From Candidatus Latescibacterota bacterium (GTDB lineage Bacteria > Latescibacterota > UBA2968 > UBA8231), in contig OZ242214.1 in NCBI GenBank assembly GCA_965206595.1, positions 2,752,001 through 2,816,000 of the forward strand: a stretch of DNA of 64,000 nt, in the 5' to 3' direction. Made by a program: the position numbers and the translations under genes. Below, one piece after another: positions 50,673-60,737 of this stretch (position 1 is its first letter; each line of letters starts with the position of its first letter). Under the pieces are notes generated by a model. It saw nothing but the letters and a program-made list of their open reading frames with translations. It was not told where the DNA came from and did no database searches.

Positions 50673-52649
50673 ATGAAGGGCATGAAATGGCTGGCGGTCT
50701 GGATCGCGGTCGCCTGCACGGCTTCGGCGAGCGGGGCGCTGACCCTGTTCCGCGTGGGGGGCGAGGGTCTGCCCGAGCCGGAGCTGGAAGTCCCCTTCGA
50801 CTTCGTCCAGTTCTCCTGGGAAGAGCCGGACGCCAACCGCTTCGGCGCGGAGATCAGCCTCGACCGCCAACCCGGTTTCATCAAACCGGAGGTGAGCGAC
50901 TCCGAGGTGAACCTGTCCCCCACCATGCTGCAGGGGAACCTCGTTTTCCTGTCAGGCGGGAAATGGGAGATCCCGGAACGGGTGGCGGGGTGGATGGACG
51001 TGCGCTTTTCGGTGCGCATGGCGGACGAGGACCCCGAGTCCTACTACACCGATCACAACAGCATGATCTACATGTTCGACCTGCAGAGGCAGATCCATCT
51101 CCGGCGCGTCCGCTTCTTCACCCGCCCGGACGACGGCAACCTCGTCACCTGCGGCTTCGGCATGGCCGAAACCCTCACGGTCTGCCGTTCCGGGGGCATC
51201 GACCCGGTGCCGCGGTTCCTGATCGCCGCCAGCAACGGCGACCCCGCCAGGGAAGGGACCCGTCCCTACACCCTGCAGTACAGCACCCAGACCCACCCGT
51301 CGCGGCGTTTCGACTTCGAGGTTCTCCACGAAGGTCTCGGAGGCAAGGTCGTCGACCTCGAGTTTCCCTCGGTGCCTACACAGCGCCTGCTTTTCCGGAT
51401 CTTCGCCCAGGAAGGGGTGGACTGGGAGATCGCCGAGTTCGAGATCTACGGCAGCGGATTCGTCCCCTTCTCGGAGTACACCTCCAACATCATCGACCTC
51501 GGGGAAGTGCTCAGTATCGACGACCTGACCTGGTTCGGAAGGCAGGGGGAAGAGCTCGGGAGCCGCGTCGACATCACCATGCGCAGCGGCGACGACGACC
51601 AGCCCAACGTATACTGGCGCAACACCTTTCGCAGCGACGAGCAGGTGCCGCTCTCCTCCTCCGGAACGCCGCTGACGAAGGCCCAGTACCAGCGCCTCGA
51701 ACTCCCGGAGAAAGGGGACATCCGCCACGACAAGGACAACTGGCTGACCTGGAACACCCCTTATGATTTCACCGCCGGAAGCGGCCCCGCCCATGCCGGC
51801 AGGCCGCGGCGGTTCGTGCAGTTCACCGTCGCCTTTCACTCGACGCCGGAGTCGGGCAGCGAGGTCGACTACCTGCAGTTCGCCGCCTCTCCTCCCCTGG
51901 TCTCCGGTGCCCGGGCCGAGATCAACCCCAACACCGCCGCGGCCGGCGAGGTCACGACCTTCACCTGCCGGCTGCGCCCCCAAATCGAGCCGGGGGACAA
52001 CGGCTTCGACCTGATCGCCATCGACACCCCGGCGCAGGTCACCGGGGTGGAGCTCGCCCGTATCGACGGCGTCGAGATCGACCTCGAGGTGACGCGCATG
52101 GACGAAACCGGCTTCGCCGTGAAGGTCCCGCGCGTCGACGCCGAGGGCACCGGCGAGCTGATCGAGCTGACCTTCCAGGCGCGGGTGTTCGAGTACGGAA
52201 CCCCCTTCATCCCGCGGCTATCCGACAGCGAGCTCCCGTTCGAGATCCCCCAGCCGGTGGTCGAGGGGGACGCCGACGAACGCAACGACGGCAACCGCCT
52301 GCGGGTGGCCCTGACCTCGATTCCCGACAGCCCGATACGGAACCTCCGCCTCTCTTCCCGCGTGGTCACACCCAACGGCGACGGCGTCAACGATCTCGTC
52401 GAGATCGAGTACCAGCTGGTGAACCTGACCGGGGAGGTTCCCGCGGCCATAGGGGTCTACGACCTGTCGGGACGGAAGGTGAGTGAGGTCGGGACCGGTG
52501 CCGGCCCGGTCAGCGGGCTGTTCCGGGTGGAATGGGACGGCACCGGGGAAGGCGGCACCCTGCCTCCCGGCCTCTACCTCCTGCAGCTCGAGGTCGAGGC
52601 CGACACCGGGCAGGACCAGGCCGGGCGGCTGGTTTCGGTCGCCTACTGA
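50673..52649 (+). CDS. Secreted protein with C-terminal FlgD Ig-like domain
   Basis: Signal peptide; TPNGDGVND...YDLSGR...WDG...PGLYL. Confidence 0.85.
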   Translation: MKGMKWLAVWIAVACTASASGALTLFRVGGEGLPEPELEVPFDFVQFSWEEPDANRFGAEISLDRQPGFIKPEVSDSEVNLSPTMLQGNLVFLSGGKWEIPERVAGWMDVRFSVRMADEDPESYYTDHNSMIYMFDLQRQIHLRRVRFFTRPDDGNLVTCGFGMAETLTVCRSGGIDPVPRFLIAASNGDPAREGTRPYTLQYSTQTHPSRRFDFEVLHEGLGGKVVDLEFPSVPTQRLLFRIFAQEGVDWEIAEFEIYGSGFVPFSEYTSNIIDLGEVLSIDDLTWFGRQGEELGSRVDITMRSGDDDQPNVYWRNTFRSDEQVPLSSSGTPLTKAQYQRLELPEKGDIRHDKDNWLTWNTPYDFTAGSGPAHAGRPRRFVQFTVAFHSTPESGSEVDYLQFAASPPLVSGARAEINPNTAAAGEVTTFTCRLRPQIEPGDNGFDLIAIDTPAQVTGVELARIDGVEIDLEVTRMDETGFAVKVPRVDAEGTGELIELTFQARVFEYGTPFIPRLSDSELPFEIPQPVVEGDADERNDGNRLRVALTSIPDSPIRNLRLSSRVVTPNGDGVNDLVEIEYQLVNLTGEVPAAIGVYDLSGRKVSEVGTGAGPVSGLFRVEWDGTGEGGTLPPGLYLLQLEVEADTGQDQAGRLVSVAY

Positions 52650-52765
52650 AGCGCCCGGCCTCCGCCGGCTGCGACCGCCCCGGACCAGGCGACGTTCACC
52701 TGCGTTCCCGGGAGGCTTGCCCGCCTTCCGCGGCCCCGGCGGTCAGGCACGGCCCATTCCCGGGT

Positions 52766-53881
52766 CTAAACCCCGTCCTTGCCGTCCGTCAGCCAGTCGA
52801 GGGAGAAGCGGGCGAAGATCGTGCGCGGCCCCATCCACAACCAGTAGAGCAGGCCGATCTCGTTGTTGGCCAGCACGGTCAGGCAGGAGTACGCCACCGG
52901 TCCCTCGTAGACGAGCTTCGCAACCGGCCACGTCTTCCCTTCGTCGTAGCTGAGCTTGACCGTCATCCTTTCGCGCGCCGTGCTCGCCGGGTTGGAGAAG
53001 AGGATGCGGCTCCTGCCGCCCTCTCCGGCGAACGAGTAGCGAATGGAGCAGCCCTGGCAATGGGAGTCGACGAGCTCCTCGTTGAAGGTCATTTCCGACC
53101 AGGTGTCGCCGCCGTCGCTGCTGTGCGCCAGGCCGCGGCACTTGGGCCCGGTGTACTGCCGCATGTTGAGCTGCAGCGAGCCGTCCTCGAGCTCGACCAC
53201 GTGGCACTCGTCGGTGTCGGGTGGCAGGCTGCCCCCGACCTTCCAGGTCTCGCCGCGGTCGTCGCTGTAGAAGACGTGCGAGTGCTGGGCGTGGTGGATG
53301 CCGCCGTGCTCGAAGTAGTCGAGGAACGGCTCGACCCGCTCGCTGTGGTCGCAGGGGATGAGGATGCGGCCCTTGTGCGGCTCGCGCTGCTTCTGGATTC
53401 CCGCCCCGGGACCGCAGGCGTAGAACCCCCATCCCGGGCGCCTCACCTGTTCGGTGATGTCGCGCGGAAGCGACCAGGTGGCGCCATCGTCGTGGTAGTC
53501 GCTGTGGATGGCCTTGACCTGGTTGGCGTTGGCGAACACGCCGTCGCGGACCTTCTCCCGCTCCTGGTGGTTGTAGGTCAGCCAGATGGCGCCGGAGACC
53601 TGGTCGACGACGGCGCAGGGGTTGGTGATCTGCTTGCCCCGGGGAGACTCGGCGAGCAGCTGCAGGCCGCCCCAGGTGCGGCCGTTGTCGAAGCTGCGCT
53701 TGAGGACGATGTGGGAGGTGTAGCGCTCCTGCGGGGTCTTGCGGTGCTCCCGCCACGCCGACTCGCAGAAGGCGAGGAGCGTCCCCTTCCTGCTGGTGAC
53801 GATGGAGGGGACCCCGTACTCGTCGAACCCGTCCCCGTCGACGAAGACATCGGTCTCGAACAGTCCGTTCGCCGCGCTCAT
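52766..53881 (-). CDS. Sialidase/BNR-repeat (GH33-like) protein
   Basis: Asp-boxes SFDNGRTW, SDDRGETW, SSDGGDTW, SYDEGKTW; AYSCL. Confidence 0.88.
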   Translation of the reverse strand: MSAANGLFETDVFVDGDGFDEYGVPSIVTSRKGTLLAFCESAWREHRKTPQERYTSHIVLKRSFDNGRTWGGLQLLAESPRGKQITNPCAVVDQVSGAIWLTYNHQEREKVRDGVFANANQVKAIHSDYHDDGATWSLPRDITEQVRRPGWGFYACGPGAGIQKQREPHKGRILIPCDHSERVEPFLDYFEHGGIHHAQHSHVFYSDDRGETWKVGGSLPPDTDECHVVELEDGSLQLNMRQYTGPKCRGLAHSSDGGDTWSEMTFNEELVDSHCQGCSIRYSFAGEGGRSRILFSNPASTARERMTVKLSYDEGKTWPVAKLVYEGPVAYSCLTVLANNEIGLLYWLWMGPRTIFARFSLDWLTDGKDGV

Positions 53882-54077
53882 GGAATCGATCCTCCCCGTT
53901 GGTTGTCAGCTGTTGATGGGAGGAGAATAGGTCGGCCCCCGGGACGCCGGCAAGCGGCCTGAACCCTATCCGGAGTGGGCCCTGGCCACGCGTGCCGCAC
54001 CCTATGGGGAACCTGGCCGAAGTTGGGGTCCGCTGTTCCCCCGGGCGGAATTCCCGCCTCGAGGGGGTCCGTCTCTT

Positions 54078-54855
54078 CTATACCGGTGAGGCGGTCAGCT
54101 CGAGGGCGCCGCCGATCTCGACCTCGATATCGAGGGTGGCGGCCCCGTTGTCGACGGGAAGCTGCAGGCCCGGCGGCTCCGCCAGGAAGCGGTCGCGGAC
54201 CTGCACTTCGAGCCGCTCCGCCCGCCACCCTTCCAGCCGGCAGCAGAGCCGCCCCCGGCTGCTGCCGTTGAGGATCCACAGGCGCCGCACCTGCGGCGAG
54301 GGCAGCTCGAAAACCCCCGGGGCATCCGGCGTGAAGATGCCCCACACGGCCGCGGCCTCCTTGTGCACGGAGAACAGCGAGTGGTGGGCATCGGCCCCGA
54401 GCACCCGGTGGCGGCCGAACAGCAGCAGGTCCCGGTGCTCGCGGTAACCAGGCGAGCCAGGCGCGCACCACCCGCCGGTGCGCCTCCGGCAGGGCGCGCA
54501 GGTCCGTCGACAGCATGGGGACGGCGCTGGTGACCAGGCTGGCCATGAAGCGGGCGACGTTCTCCACCGGCTCCTGCGGCAGCCAGTAGGCCGGGTCGGT
54601 GTGCGGGGCGACGTTGCCTTCGCGGCCGGCCCCGGGATCGAGGATGTAGCTCTTCAGGCGGGTGCACATGCGGCGGATGTGGTCGCCGTCGAAAGGGGCG
54701 TCCTGGGCGCGGTGGCCTGTGACCTCGGTCCGCCACTCGTAGAGACCGCCGGCTCCCTGCCCGGGCGACACCGGGTCGAACCCCTCGATGGGGGGATCCG
54801 TTTCGATGGATACGGTCAGCGAAAGACCGGAAAAATCGAAGGTGTGCGGCATCAT
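54078..54855 (-). pseudogene. Glycoside hydrolase (GH36-like) remnant, internally deleted and frameshifted
   Basis: Short N-terminus fused to RAQDAPFD...HTDPAYW...VPMLSTDL; frameshift near 54450. Confidence 0.55.
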
Positions 54856-54983
54856 GCTCCTCCCTGCAGGGACTTGGTGATACCAGACGTCAACAGCCCC
54901 GCGACTTAAAGCGGCCCCGGCTGGTTTCTGCCCGTCGGAAAAAATCGGAGCTGGCCCTCGGCATCCGCGTCTGAATCGAGGGT

Positions 54984-55259
54984 TTAGGGCGACAGTCTGG
55001 CGGCGAGGAGGAAACCCCGGCGGCCTCCGTGTAACCGCAGACCGCGAGCTACCTCCGGTACGTCCTCCAGGGTAATCTCCAAATCGGGCGGCATGTACCA
55101 GAAGCATTGGGCGTGGAATTCGCGGAAGGCGCGGCGGGCTTCGCGGACCCGGACCATGTCGGGGGCTTCTTCGGAGGAAAGGTGCCGGCGGCTCTTCCTG
55201 CTGCCTGTGCTCCCGGTCTCCTCCGGGCAGGTGCTTGAGTTCACTGAAGAGGTGTCCAT
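54984..55259 (-). CDS. Small hypothetical protein, antitoxin-like
   Basis: REFHAQCFWY...VARGLRLHGGRRGF; no downstream toxin ORF. Confidence 0.5.
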   Translation of the reverse strand: MDTSSVNSSTCPEETGSTGSRKSRRHLSSEEAPDMVRVREARRAFREFHAQCFWYMPPDLEITLEDVPEVARGLRLHGGRRGFLLAARLSP

Positions 55260-55399
55260 TATCTGCGTGTTTCCATCATGGGTCTCTCATGTTTGAGGAA
55301 ACATCGAGCAGGCACCTCCCGCAAGGAATCGGAGGCTAGCGTCCGGCCCCAATTGCCCGGCAGTTCGCGCCCCAAACCAGCGGAGCCAAAACCCGCAGG

Positions 55400-56284
55400 C
55401 TATTCCACCGAGTTGGCGGCGATGAAAGCCTCCATCTCGCGAAAGGCACGGTCCCGCTTCTCCCGCAGATCGTCCCTGGGGCAGATCGCCAGGTAGGTGG
55501 TAAGGCCGCCGTCCACGGTGATCTCCTGACCGGTGACGAAACGGGATTCGTCGGAGGCGAGGTAGACCGCCAGGTAGGCGATGTCGACGGGCTCGCCGAC
55601 CATCTCCAGAGGCTGGAAGCTCCAGTGCACGATGCGGCTGCGGTCTCCGAAGCGCCGGACGAACTCCGCGCGGGCCTCCGGCTTGAGGTTCTCCGGCACG
55701 AGGTCGCGGTCCCCGCCGAGGTAGATGGCACCCGGACTGATGACGTTGACGCGGATGCGGAAGGGGGCCAGCTCCGCGGCCAGGGCGCGGGTGCCGCCGA
55801 TGATACCGCCCTTGGAGGTGGCGTACACCGTGTTGCCGGGGCTGCCCTCGATCCCGTGGACGGAGGCGACGTTGACGATCGAGCCACTGCCGCGAGCCTT
55901 CATCAGGGGTACGGCCAGCTGGCAGCCGAGGTGCATGCCGCGCAGGTTGGTGTCCATCAGGCGGTCGTAGTCCTCGTCCTTCACCTGTTCCACCGGATCG
56001 CCGATACCGATACCGGCGTTGTTGACGAGGATGTCGAGGCCGCCGAAGCGCTCCTCCACCGCGGCGAACAGGGCCTCCATCTGCTCACGCACCCCGACAT
56101 CGGCAGGCAAGGCCAGGACCTCGCCCCCCGCTTCTTCGATTTCGGATTTCACCCGTTCCAGCTTTTCCGCGGAGCGCGCCGCGATGGCGACCCTCGCCCC
56201 GTGCTCGGCGAACAGCAGGGCGATGCCGCGGCCGATGCCCTGGCCGCCACCGGTTATGACGGCGATCCGGTCCTTGAGTCTCAT
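55400..56284 (-). CDS. SDR family oxidoreductase
   Basis: TGGGQGIG, NNAG, YATSK motifs. Confidence 0.92.
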   Translation of the reverse strand: MRLKDRIAVITGGGQGIGRGIALLFAEHGARVAIAARSAEKLERVKSEIEEAGGEVLALPADVGVREQMEALFAAVEERFGGLDILVNNAGIGIGDPVEQVKDEDYDRLMDTNLRGMHLGCQLAVPLMKARGSGSIVNVASVHGIEGSPGNTVYATSKGGIIGGTRALAAELAPFRIRVNVISPGAIYLGGDRDLVPENLKPEARAEFVRRFGDRSRIVHWSFQPLEMVGEPVDIAYLAVYLASDESRFVTGQEITVDGGLTTYLAICPRDDLREKRDRAFREMEAFIAANSVE

Positions 56285-56320
56285 TTGCTCTTGTCTCTGG
56301 CTTCGGAAGTTAAGGGTCGG

Positions 56321-59296
56321 TCAGTTCGGCATGCCCTTGAGCAGATCGTCGACCCGGGTCGCCACCTCGTACCGGGCCGGCGGCTCCCCCACCTTGATCG
56401 CCTTGAAGTGCTCCTTCCCGCATTTGATCCTGGCTTCTTCGGCCAGACGAAGCTCGCTGGAATCGGCGCTCCCCTTGGTTTCGACCACGAAGTAGAGACG
56501 CTCCCCCTCGGCGGAATCGATCAGAACCGCCCAGTCCGGGTTGTAGCCTCCGAGGGGCGTCGGCACCTTGAACCAGCCAGGCAGCTTGGCGTAGACCTTG
56601 ACCGCGGTGTTCCTCTCGAGCTGTTCCGCAAAACGGGCTTCGGTGTCTGACTCGTAGACCACCTGCTCGTAGACCGATTTTTTCACCCCGCTCATGTTCT
56701 TCAGGTAGCCGGTCAGCTCTTTCTGCTCGAACAGCTCCTGCGCGTAGAAATGCTCGCTTCCCAGGCGCTGGTACTTGATGCCGTCCACCAGAGCCTGCTG
56801 CTTGCAGCGGATGATCGCCTGGGCGGCCAGCTCGATGAACTGCTGCGGATTCCGTTTGAAATCATCGAGGCGCTCGCAGGCGCACAGAATCCGCTGGATG
56901 CTGCGCCGCGTGAGCTGCGTCCGGTCTTGAAGCTCGGTGAGAAGATCCGGAAGCTCGATGTACTCTTCGTTCAAGTTTACGGGCGCTGAATCCTCACGTT
57001 CGGTCGCCTGGACTCCGGCCTTGCCGATGGCGATGCCGGCCTTGCGCCACTGCAGCCGGGTATTCGGGACCGGCGGCGCCTCGCCAAGCGCGCGGATACT
57101 GCTCTCTACCAGGGCCTCGTTGTCGAAGGCCACGCGGTACGTGGTCTTGTGCTTGATGCGGTCCCACAGGGCCTTGAACTCGGGGCTGTGCAGAATCGCC
57201 TGGCGCGGGCGCACCCGGCGGCGCTCGTCGGCGTTCCTGATCTCCAGGCCCCGGGCGAGCTTGCGCAGCACCTCGACGATCTTCCCGCGCTGGGCGGTGA
57301 ATCTGTCCGGTACGACGAAAATATCCTCGGCCAAGACATTCCTGAGGGAATCCTGTATCCGCCCTTGCGCGTCGATGTACCCTTCCGCCTTCAGGTGCTC
57401 CCACAAAACCTTCGACGCCTCGAAGCCGAGAGCCTGCGTTTCCCCATCTTCACCGACGACCGGAATCGCTGCGAACTGGTGCGCTTCCACGACACCGAAG
57501 CGAATCCCGGTGTCCTTCTCGATCTCCTGCTGCAGGTTCTCGGCGAACTCCTCGTAACGCTCCGTGGCGACGACCGTGAGCGTGTTGACTTCGAAACCTC
57601 GCAGTCGCTCACCCTGCTGGTCGACGCACAGACGCAGACCTCGGCCGATGGTCTGCCGCCTCTCCCGCTCGCTGCGGATGTCGCGCAGCGTGCAGATCTG
57701 AAAGACGTTGGGATTGTCCCAGCCCTCGCGCAGGGCCGAGTGCGAGAAGATGAACTTGAGCGGCGTCTCCAGGCTGAGAAGCTTCTCCTTCTCCTTCATG
57801 ATCAGGTTGTAGGCCCGCTCGGCGCTGTCGCGATGGGTCTGGGTGTTCTCGGCAGTATCCGTCCAGCCGCCCTTCCGGTCGATGGAGAAGTAGCCGCCGT
57901 GAACCTCTCCGATGCCCTCGTCGAGATCGACGTCACCGAAGAGGCACCTGTAGTCCGGATGGTTGGCCAGACGCCGGTACTCTTCCTCAAAGATCAGGGC
58001 GTACTCCCCTTTGACAGGATTACCTTCATCGTCGTACTGCCGGTAGCGATCTACCGCATCGATGAAGAAGAGACTGAGCACCTTGATCCCCTGCGGGCAG
58101 AGGTGCTTCTCCTTGTCGAGATGCTCGCGGATGGTGCGGCGAATCATTTGCCGCTGAACGGTGTCGGAATCCACGTCGCCCCAGGCTTCGCCCAGGCGGA
58201 GAAACCGCTGCGCCGCCGGCACGCGCAGCTCGACGAACTCGTTCCCTTTTTCGACGCGGATCTCGCCGATGCGACAGTCGCGGTAGATCGCGCGCCTGGT
58301 GGTTTTCTCCAGATCGTCGCCATCCTGCACGGTTACCTCCCGCCGCCGGACCCCGGCCGCAGTTTCGACGTCGAGCTCGACCTTGGCGCTGATCGTTCCG
58401 CGCCGGTTTTGCGCCGACACCATGCGGACGTAGGGCTTATTGTGGGCGTCCTCGACCGTCGCCGACGCCACCTCGATCTGCTTGACCAGCTTGCGCTCGT
58501 ACGCATCGACCGCGTCGAGCCGGTAAACCATGTGATGCTGGTCCGCATGGGTCGCCGAGTAGCGCAGGGTGCAAAGCGGATTCATGGCCTCAAGGGCTTC
58601 CTTGCCGCGCCCCTGCAGACCGCCGTCCACGCTCTGCGGCTCGTCGACAATGAGAATGGGCCGCGTCGCCCGGATCAGGTCGATCGGCTTCTCCCCGCCG
58701 GTCTTCTCGCTCTCCTTGTAGAGGTTGTTGACGTCTCTCTTGTTGATGGCGCCGACCGTCACCACCAGAACCTGGACCTGTGGGCTGGTGGCGAAATTCC
58801 GCACCTGACCGAGCTTGGCTGAGTCATAGAGGAAGTAATCGAAGGGGGTGCCGGAGTAGAGCGCCCGGAAGTGGTCGGCGGTGATCTGGAGCGACTTGTA
58901 CACGCCTTCCTTGATGGCGACCGACGGCACCACGACGATGAACTTGGTGAAGCCGTAGCGCTTGTTCAGTTCGAAGACGGTGCGCAGGTACACGTAGGTC
59001 TTGCCGGTGCCGGTCTCCATCTCCACGGTGAAGTCTCCCGAGTCCAGGGAGGTGGACGGGGGCAGACTGTTATGGAGCTGAACGGCCTTCAGGTTTTCGA
59101 GGAGTTTTTCGTCGGGCAGGGTCAACAGGTTGCCGATGCCGAGGCCGTTTTCTGGAAAGGGGAGCCCCGCCTTCTCCGCGGGATTTCGCGTCACCGTGAA
59201 CTCGGTGCGACAGACCTCCTGGCCGCGGAACAGGTCGCAGACCGCTTCGATAGCCTCGAGCTGGAAATCGAGGTTGGGTTCGAAGTGGAGCTTCAT
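56321..59296 (-). CDS. res: Type III restriction endonuclease Res subunit
   Basis: METGTGKT, IVDEPQ, RYSATH, LREGWDNPNVFQ, QTIGRGLR, and the PD-(D/E)xK motif YNPDWA...VVETKG. Confidence 0.95.
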   Translation of the reverse strand: MKLHFEPNLDFQLEAIEAVCDLFRGQEVCRTEFTVTRNPAEKAGLPFPENGLGIGNLLTLPDEKLLENLKAVQLHNSLPPSTSLDSGDFTVEMETGTGKTYVYLRTVFELNKRYGFTKFIVVVPSVAIKEGVYKSLQITADHFRALYSGTPFDYFLYDSAKLGQVRNFATSPQVQVLVVTVGAINKRDVNNLYKESEKTGGEKPIDLIRATRPILIVDEPQSVDGGLQGRGKEALEAMNPLCTLRYSATHADQHHMVYRLDAVDAYERKLVKQIEVASATVEDAHNKPYVRMVSAQNRRGTISAKVELDVETAAGVRRREVTVQDGDDLEKTTRRAIYRDCRIGEIRVEKGNEFVELRVPAAQRFLRLGEAWGDVDSDTVQRQMIRRTIREHLDKEKHLCPQGIKVLSLFFIDAVDRYRQYDDEGNPVKGEYALIFEEEYRRLANHPDYRCLFGDVDLDEGIGEVHGGYFSIDRKGGWTDTAENTQTHRDSAERAYNLIMKEKEKLLSLETPLKFIFSHSALREGWDNPNVFQICTLRDIRSERERRQTIGRGLRLCVDQQGERLRGFEVNTLTVVATERYEEFAENLQQEIEKDTGIRFGVVEAHQFAAIPVVGEDGETQALGFEASKVLWEHLKAEGYIDAQGRIQDSLRNVLAEDIFVVPDRFTAQRGKIVEVLRKLARGLEIRNADERRRVRPRQAILHSPEFKALWDRIKHKTTYRVAFDNEALVESSIRALGEAPPVPNTRLQWRKAGIAIGKAGVQATEREDSAPVNLNEEYIELPDLLTELQDRTQLTRRSIQRILCACERLDDFKRNPQQFIELAAQAIIRCKQQALVDGIKYQRLGSEHFYAQELFEQKELTGYLKNMSGVKKSVYEQVVYESDTEARFAEQLERNTAVKVYAKLPGWFKVPTPLGGYNPDWAVLIDSAEGERLYFVVETKGSADSSELRLAEEARIKCGKEHFKAIKVGEPPARYEVATRVDDLLKGMPN

Positions 59297-59318
59297 GATC
59301 TCGAAAACACCTGCAGAC

Positions 59319-60737
59319 CTACATGAAGAATCGGAACTGATACGGGGTAGTTCCCAGGTTCGGGATACGCTTTACGATCCTCGCCAACACTTTTGCGTAG
59401 GCAAGGGTCACCGGCAAAGGGTCATACAGCGAGTCGTTATTCCAGTTCATCTTGGAGAGCCCGAGTATGGCGCGAGCTGTATCGTCCCAGGTGCCGTGGC
59501 CGGCATGGCGGACCAAACGAATGGGGCGAGGGGTGCTGCGGCTGCCCTGGAAGTAGGAACTTGCCGTAACGCCCTCGACATCACCATGGGTCCATAGCAA
59601 TGCCTCGCGAGGGCCGAGCCCAATAACCGTACCACGCGGAACTGGAAACCGGGCAGGCCTGCCCTTCCCGCCGTTGGGGTTTCGGTCGATCCGGATGCCG
59701 CGCCAGCCCACATCTTCGACAATCTGAACAAGGTCAACGGCCTCGCAGAGATGAAGGGCTTCCATACAACCGTCAACTTCGTCACGCTTGAACTCTGTGG
59801 TTTTGTGAACCATCACGCGTCGCGGGGACCGGCCGGCATGACGGCGACGGTACAAGTCCATCGATCGCGTCATGACACGGAACATCTCGGTGCGGGCGAG
59901 GAAAGGGTTGTCGCGATGGATTTCGACTTCGTTAGCGTCGTAAGCAACGAACTCGAGACCAGCCCCATCCGCATCGAACACCTGGCTACAGCACGTTACG
60001 AACCGCGGCCGCACTGAGTCGGTGGGACGTACGGCATAGGAGATGCCGATATAGGCTGTTTCCGGATCGGACTCGGCCAGCTTCCAGGGAACTCCACCCG
60101 CCTTGGCATACAGCGCCAACCCAATGCGCCACATCACGCTGGCTTTGCAGTGATAGGCGATAGCCTTGTCTTCGCGGACCAATTGAATGGGTATTCCCCG
60201 GGCGGCGGTATAGGCTTTCAGATGATCGTGCAGGTCGAAGTCGTCGTTAGGTCCGCCGAAAAACCCAGGCTCCCAGCGTTTGGGGATGTAGACGAACAGG
60301 ACGTCAAAGTCGCTTCGACGCGCTTCAAGCCGCTGCATGGCCCTCACCAAGTGGTCCCCAATCGTTACGTGGGCCTGTGGAGGTTTTTGTAATTCATTTT
60401 CAAGCTGGGAGCTGATCTCGTCATGGCAACCGTTACCAGCGGCACGCATGCGCAGACCGAAAACGCTTTGGAACCCCGGCCATTGGGGGAGGTAATCCCT
60501 ACGCTCCTTCGGGTCGAAAACCGAGTTCAGGCATTTCATGAAGTCGTAGATGCGCTGACTCTCGCCCTGTGGTGCAAGAGTAGCTACACGGATGGGGTCG
60601 GGAACGAACCCTGCCGAGTATGGTCCGTATTCCAGTAACCCACGCAGCGGATGCCGCCCTTGGTCCGAGGTCCGTTCTGGATGAAAGGCCAACATGGGCT
60701 CAGGAAGCCACGTATGAGGAGCGATCTGGGAGTTCAC
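59319..60737 (-). CDS. ago: Short prokaryotic Argonaute (MID-PIWI, catalytically inactive)
   Basis: DLHDHLKA and IPIQ (MID), YAKAGGVPWKL, YIGISY (no catalytic Asp), LSKMNWN...LPVTL; 472 aa. Confidence 0.93.
   Translation of the reverse strand: MNSQIAPHTWLPEPMLAFHPERTSDQGRHPLRGLLEYGPYSAGFVPDPIRVATLAPQGESQRIYDFMKCLNSVFDPKERRDYLPQWPGFQSVFGLRMRAAGNGCHDEISSQLENELQKPPQAHVTIGDHLVRAMQRLEARRSDFDVLFVYIPKRWEPGFFGGPNDDFDLHDHLKAYTAARGIPIQLVREDKAIAYHCKASVMWRIGLALYAKAGGVPWKLAESDPETAYIGISYAVRPTDSVRPRFVTCCSQVFDADGAGLEFVAYDANEVEIHRDNPFLARTEMFRVMTRSMDLYRRRHAGRSPRRVMVHKTTEFKRDEVDGCMEALHLCEAVDLVQIVEDVGWRGIRIDRNPNGGKGRPARFPVPRGTVIGLGPREALLWTHGDVEGVTASSYFQGSRSTPRPIRLVRHAGHGTWDDTARAILGLSKMNWNNDSLYDPLPVTLAYAKVLARIVKRIPNLGTTPYQFRFFM

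Noticed and set aside
22982-58822. Many long Arg/Gly/Pro-rich ORFs (e.g. 22982..24403, 30065..32059, 34081..36024, 36227..38194, 45000..46547, 57149..58822) and long 5' extensions of 30787..33273, 34248..37511 and 47990..50656
   Set aside because: Off-frame or antisense shadows typical of high-GC coding DNA; they overlap well-supported genes.
59319-60737. Catalytically active (slicer) Argonaute
   Set aside because: The first tetrad position reads GISY rather than GxD, and the N/PAZ domains are absent.
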